The translations under genes were made by a program, and so were the position numbers. Below are positions 61,236 to 64,000 of a DNA stretch of 64,000 nt, in pieces. This stretch comes from the human T2T-CHM13v2.0 reference genome, Homo sapiens. The stretch lies in the NCBI RefSeq assembly GCF_009914755.1, contig NC_060932.1; one strand, 5' to 3'. The notes beneath the pieces are model-generated. The model did not search any database and was not told the DNA's origin. It saw only the letters and a program-made list of their open reading frames with translations. Position 1 is the first letter of the stretch. Every line of letters starts with the position of its first letter.

Positions 61236-62724
61236 GACCTAACACAACTCCTGACACAGGATGCAAAGAATAACAGCTGCAATTTCCACGATTTCCCTAG
61301 TCAGAGCTCTACCAATCACCAGCTCCCTGACTTCGAATGTGCTTAACTCTTCTAGATTCGGTTTCCTTGTATGTGTATTTAAATGTCAAAGGGTCCTGCT
61401 GACTCAGACTCCCTGTAATTCCAAGATGTCCTCTGTCCCCCTGCCCCTACCCAGTGTGCTGCTGGCTTCCCCCTCGGGCTGGCACTCAGACCTGGCCTAG
61501 GCTCCTGTTAGCAGATTTTCACATCTTTGCCCACATCTACTATTTCCAAGACATCTGCACTGAGCTAAGTATGCCCGTCACACACTACTCAAGCACTTGC
61601 ACAAGTGTGAGGCACACAAAACGAATGTTGGGCTGAAGAAAACTCAACTTGGAAAAGAAAGGGGAGACACAAGTTTGCCACAGAATTTTCTTAATGTTCT
61701 TAATAATCTACAGTTGGCAGAGCTAAGGGTTCCCCCAAGCAGTGGAAGTGTCTCTTTTGCATTCTTCCAACACTAGCATGCCCCAGCCCAGAATAAAGGC
61801 AGCACCACCTCTCTACCCATTGTCATCACATTTGCTTGGAAACTGGACCAAAGAGTAAAGCAAACTGAGGATAAGCTTAGTAAACCATGGGATGCTGAAT
61901 GAATAAAACAGGAATGACACGCTATCCACTGCTTACGGAACACTTACTGTGCATCTCAGTATAACCATGTAGACATTTCACCCTCACAACAATCCTATGA
62001 TGTAGGTAGCTATTTATGAAGAAGGAATTTTAATTATCCTCATTTTCAGATGAGGGAACTGAGGCAGAGAGAGGGGAGGTGACCCATCTTCAGAATCCTT
62101 CTTCACCACAACATTATACTGCCTATGATAGCAGGAGTAACAATGATGATAGCTTATATGTAGTGAGCACCTGAAATGCACTGGATGCTTTATCAATGGA
62201 ATAGGAAAAAGGAAACTGTTCGTGTAAAGAAAAACAAAAAATAAAAACAGCTTGTAGATGTCCATATTTTAGGTGAGAAATTCATCTCAGAGGTACATGG
62301 TGTTTTAATGTATTCCAGTAGTTTTCAACCCTAGCTACACTTTAGAACAACCTGGGGACCTTCTAAGCAATAGCAATATCTAAAACCTACCCCAGACCTG
62401 GGTGTGGAACCCAGATATCAGTAAATTTTTTAAACTTTGCAGATCACTCTTGTGCCCAGCGTGTTGAGAACCACTGGTTTACTTCGTTCAAACACACTTA
62501 GGATATTTTTCAGTTGTGAACATGATTGGAAAGAAAAAAAATTGTCAACAAAGGAAAATAAATATTATACAATAATTTGGAGACTTCTTCAAAAAGAAAG
62601 AAGAGTCGGGGCCCATAGAATAGGCAGAAGATAATATTGGGAAAGAGCTCTAGTCCAGGTGGAGACACTGAAGATCCAACAACAGGACAATAGGTGAGAC
62701 CCTGATGGGGAAGACGGCATGGAA

Positions 62725-63190
62725 GGTTGCAAAAAGTGGATACAATACTTCACTACTTCTGTGGCCATGTCCTTTGCAATACGGCTTTGGAGCTTCTCCC
62801 ATTCAAACATGGTGTCTATTTCCCCTTTCCTTGAATATGGGCTGACCCTGTGACTTGCTTTGACCAGCAGAATGCAGTGGAGTCCCAGTTCAAGCCCAGG
62901 TCTCAGAAATCTTGCATCACACTCACTCACCATGTCCACAAACAAGCCTAAGGCTCATCCGCTTCAAGTTGACAGACCACATGAACCAGAGCCCAAGTGT
63001 CCCAGCCAAGCCTCCAGACATGTGAGAGGGTCCCAGCAAGATTAGCAAATGGACCCACAGTTCATTGAAGACCCATATGAAAATCCAGCAGAAGCTGGAA
63101 GAGCCACCCAGCTGATCCTAAATTGCTAATACACAGGATTGTGATAACTGAGTTTGGGGATGATTTCAGGATGGTTATGTCGAATTAGCT
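62725..63190 (+). mobile_element. MaLR LTR (MLT1E/F-like)
   Basis: ctgtgacttgctttgaccagcagaatgcagtgga...gtcccagccaagcctccagacatgtgag. Confidence 0.7.
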
Positions 63191-64000
63191 AAATGGCCAG
63201 TGAGAAGGTGGAGAGACATAAGAGGGTAATGTCTAGCACTCAGTTTTAAGTTGTTATCTGATCTGGGCTGTAAACCCCCTTAAACCACCCCAAATAGGCC
63301 CAAATCTTCCATAAACACACAACCCTGGTGAATGATGCCTTTCCTAGTACATAGTGGAAGGGGAAGAAGAGGGAATACAGAAGGGAAGTCGTGGCAGGAA
63401 AGATGCAGAGGGGGCTTCACAGCTCCAAAGAGGCAGGAAACCAGGGTGGGAGGTTATCAGGAAGGAAAGCAAATCCCCCACAGAATTCCCAGAGCAGTGA
63501 GGGAGGGGAGATTGGACAAGCCAGAGCATGTGGAATGGGCCTTGGGTGAGTCTGTTGGGATATTAAAGAAAAGGGTGACACTGTCAGGCTGGAGGGCTAG
63601 AAACACACCTGCAGCAGACCCTTGCATCCAATCCTCATACCCACCATGACAGGGAGAGATTTATCACCCTCATTTTATAAGTGAGAAATCCAAGGATTGG
63701 AGAGGTTAAGTAACCTCCCCAGGATAACTCTCCCGGGAAGTGGTGGAACCAGGTGTGCCTGACTCAAGCTCTCTGAGTAGATCTAATTAGCTGGTCAGAG
63801 TTCTGAATGTTTTTTCCCGGAACTCCAAACTCCCAGGCCCTCACTGCACTAGTGAATAGCGCGGAGGGGCGGGGGAGGGAATAACAGGAAAAATAAAGGA
63901 AGAAATTGTCAACAAAGAAAAATAAATGTTGTACATGAATGTGGAGACTTCCAAATTCTTATTTGAAGCGTGAATAAAGTGATCCCAAATCCTCAGATCC

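Overview
This window is human (or near-identical great-ape) genomic DNA covering the 5' half of CDH17 (cadherin-17 / LI-cadherin) on the minus strand, plus about 16 kb of upstream intergenic sequence. Eight coding exons (exons 2-9) were placed to the base from GT/AG boundaries and splice into one continuous frame encoding residues 1-355 (signal peptide, EC1-EC3, start of EC4); the gene continues past the left edge. A proximal non-coding exon 1 (donor at 39336) has HNF1/FOXA/CDX-type motifs next to it, and a probable distal alternative exon 1 has its donor at 48060. The rest is mostly interspersed repeats: about 20 Alus, old L1M and L1PA fragments, solo LTRs, hAT/Tigger MITEs and a piggyBac-derived MER85. 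Intron 1 also holds a processed RPL6 pseudogene split by an Alu. Nearly all ORF-track entries are chance or repeat-derived. I cannot support a wholly new biological system here. The best leads are a stop-free, in-frame 105-nt intron 6; a uORF in exon 1; a MER85 with an intact palindrome 3.5 kb into intron 1; a perfect 30-bp duplication at the distal promoter; three short non-tandem 'doublet' duplications; a TSD-flanked solo poly(A) insertion; and nested insertions that give a relative chronology. Repeat subfamily names and repeat boundaries come from recognition by eye and are approximate unless TSDs are quoted.
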